Assembly (NCBI GenBank): GCA_009103225.1
Contig: RHPI01003389.1
Span: 601,162 to 665,161 of the forward strand
Origin: Chlorokybus atmophyticus
Lineage: Eukaryota; Plantae; Mesostigma and Chlorokybus algae
Reading direction: 5' to 3'
Length of the DNA: 64,000 nt
Shown piece by piece: positions 63,138 through 64,000 of this stretch. Below the pieces are notes generated by a model. It did not search any database. It had not been told where the DNA came from and saw nothing but the letters and a program-made list of their open reading frames with translations. Numbering within the stretch: the first letter of the stretch is position 1; each line of letters opens with the position of its first letter. The position numbers and the translations under genes were made by a program.

Positions 63138-64000
63138 TTCAGACGTACTTTACGCGTACTTTGCCCGCTGCTGAGTACGGTACTAGTACCGTACTCTGCA
63201 GCGGGCAACGTACGCGGCGAGCGCGTACTGTGCAACTATAAAGATAACTTGCGTAATACGTCGCGACCTCGCTTGGGTGATTTGCCTGGTGCTCACTTAT
63301 CTTGGGCGCCGACCCGCTTATCTCGGCAGCCCTGTCGCGCGACTTTAACATAACATTGGCATAATGGTATTATTTTCTATATTGACAACCCCAACATCGT
63401 CGTAATTATAGCATGATTTACTGTTCCTATTGTTAATTATGCCTACATTCATAGGTAGCATATGCTATACGTATATCACATGCGCTTAGTCACTCACGAG
63501 CAGCAAATGTGACGGCGTGAAGTGCCGATCGACGGTTGTAGTAGCGTCCTCAGCACCGTACGCGTCATGGCAAGTAACGGTCGGATGATGTTCGCCGGCT
63601 GTCCTCCGGTCACTGATAAATCAACTGGCATGTGAAGCTCCAACATGTAGCGCAGCGCTTATGTGATACAATCTACCTCGTCAGAAGAATTCGGTTCAAG
63701 AGAATCAACCCGTTAAGATCATGCATTTGCAAGAGACCAATTGTTCCACAGGTAAATATCATCGGTTAGTGGCATAGTCTCGTACGTAATAAGACTAAAA
63801 AGAAGGCTTGAAATTGATGGTGGGCTCAATCTTGTGATTGGGAATACCTTGTTGCTTGTATGGACATTTCAATATTTTTAACATACATCTGATAAAAAGT
63901 ATTAATTTCCATGTGTAAATTGAAAAATTGTTACAAATAAACAAACCCAGTACATATGCCATGTTAGCAATTGATGACGTGGTTTAGGGTTATCAGTCAA

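Larger units (their letters stand above)
62228..63334 (-). mobile_element. 5' end of a hAT element
   Basis: The element strand begins CAGGGCTGCC at 63334 (hAT-like terminus), with a subterminal hairpin at 63154-63215. The other end was not found. Confidence 0.6.

Overview
Eukaryotic nuclear DNA of the green lineage, probably an alga: it has a SPA-type kinase/WD40 gene, plant-type ACR2/CDC25 and PRMT4, spliceosomal introns, telo-boxes and an iMet-type PBS. The species cannot be named from sequence alone. Positions 1-42 kb are a stack of transposons of different ages. In order: a decayed DUF6729/Mutator-like transposase; a full-length but inactivated Ty3/gypsy chromovirus (4523-11444, 339-bp LTRs, GTCGC TSD); a viral-type GIY-YIG fragment; a decayed KDM3/JmjC demethylase gene bracketed by a repeated motif; an apparently young ~14.5-kb Plavaka/CMC-type element; a second TIR element with similar ends; and a decayed Sola-like transposase. 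The Plavaka element carries a Tudor domain fused to a bacterial/phage-type C5 DNA methyltransferase, an OTU deubiquitinase, a RING protein, C2HC-finger proteins and a DUF6532-like gene. Positions 43-58 kb are a host gene island (ACR2/CDC25-like rhodanese, SirB1-like, CARM1/PRMT4, SPA-like). The window ends with a TRIM and a hAT transposase cut by an assembly gap. The best candidate for an undescribed system is the multi-gene Plavaka element with chromatin and ubiquitin cargo and a shared palindromic promoter motif. All domain calls are by-eye motif recognition; no database searches were run.
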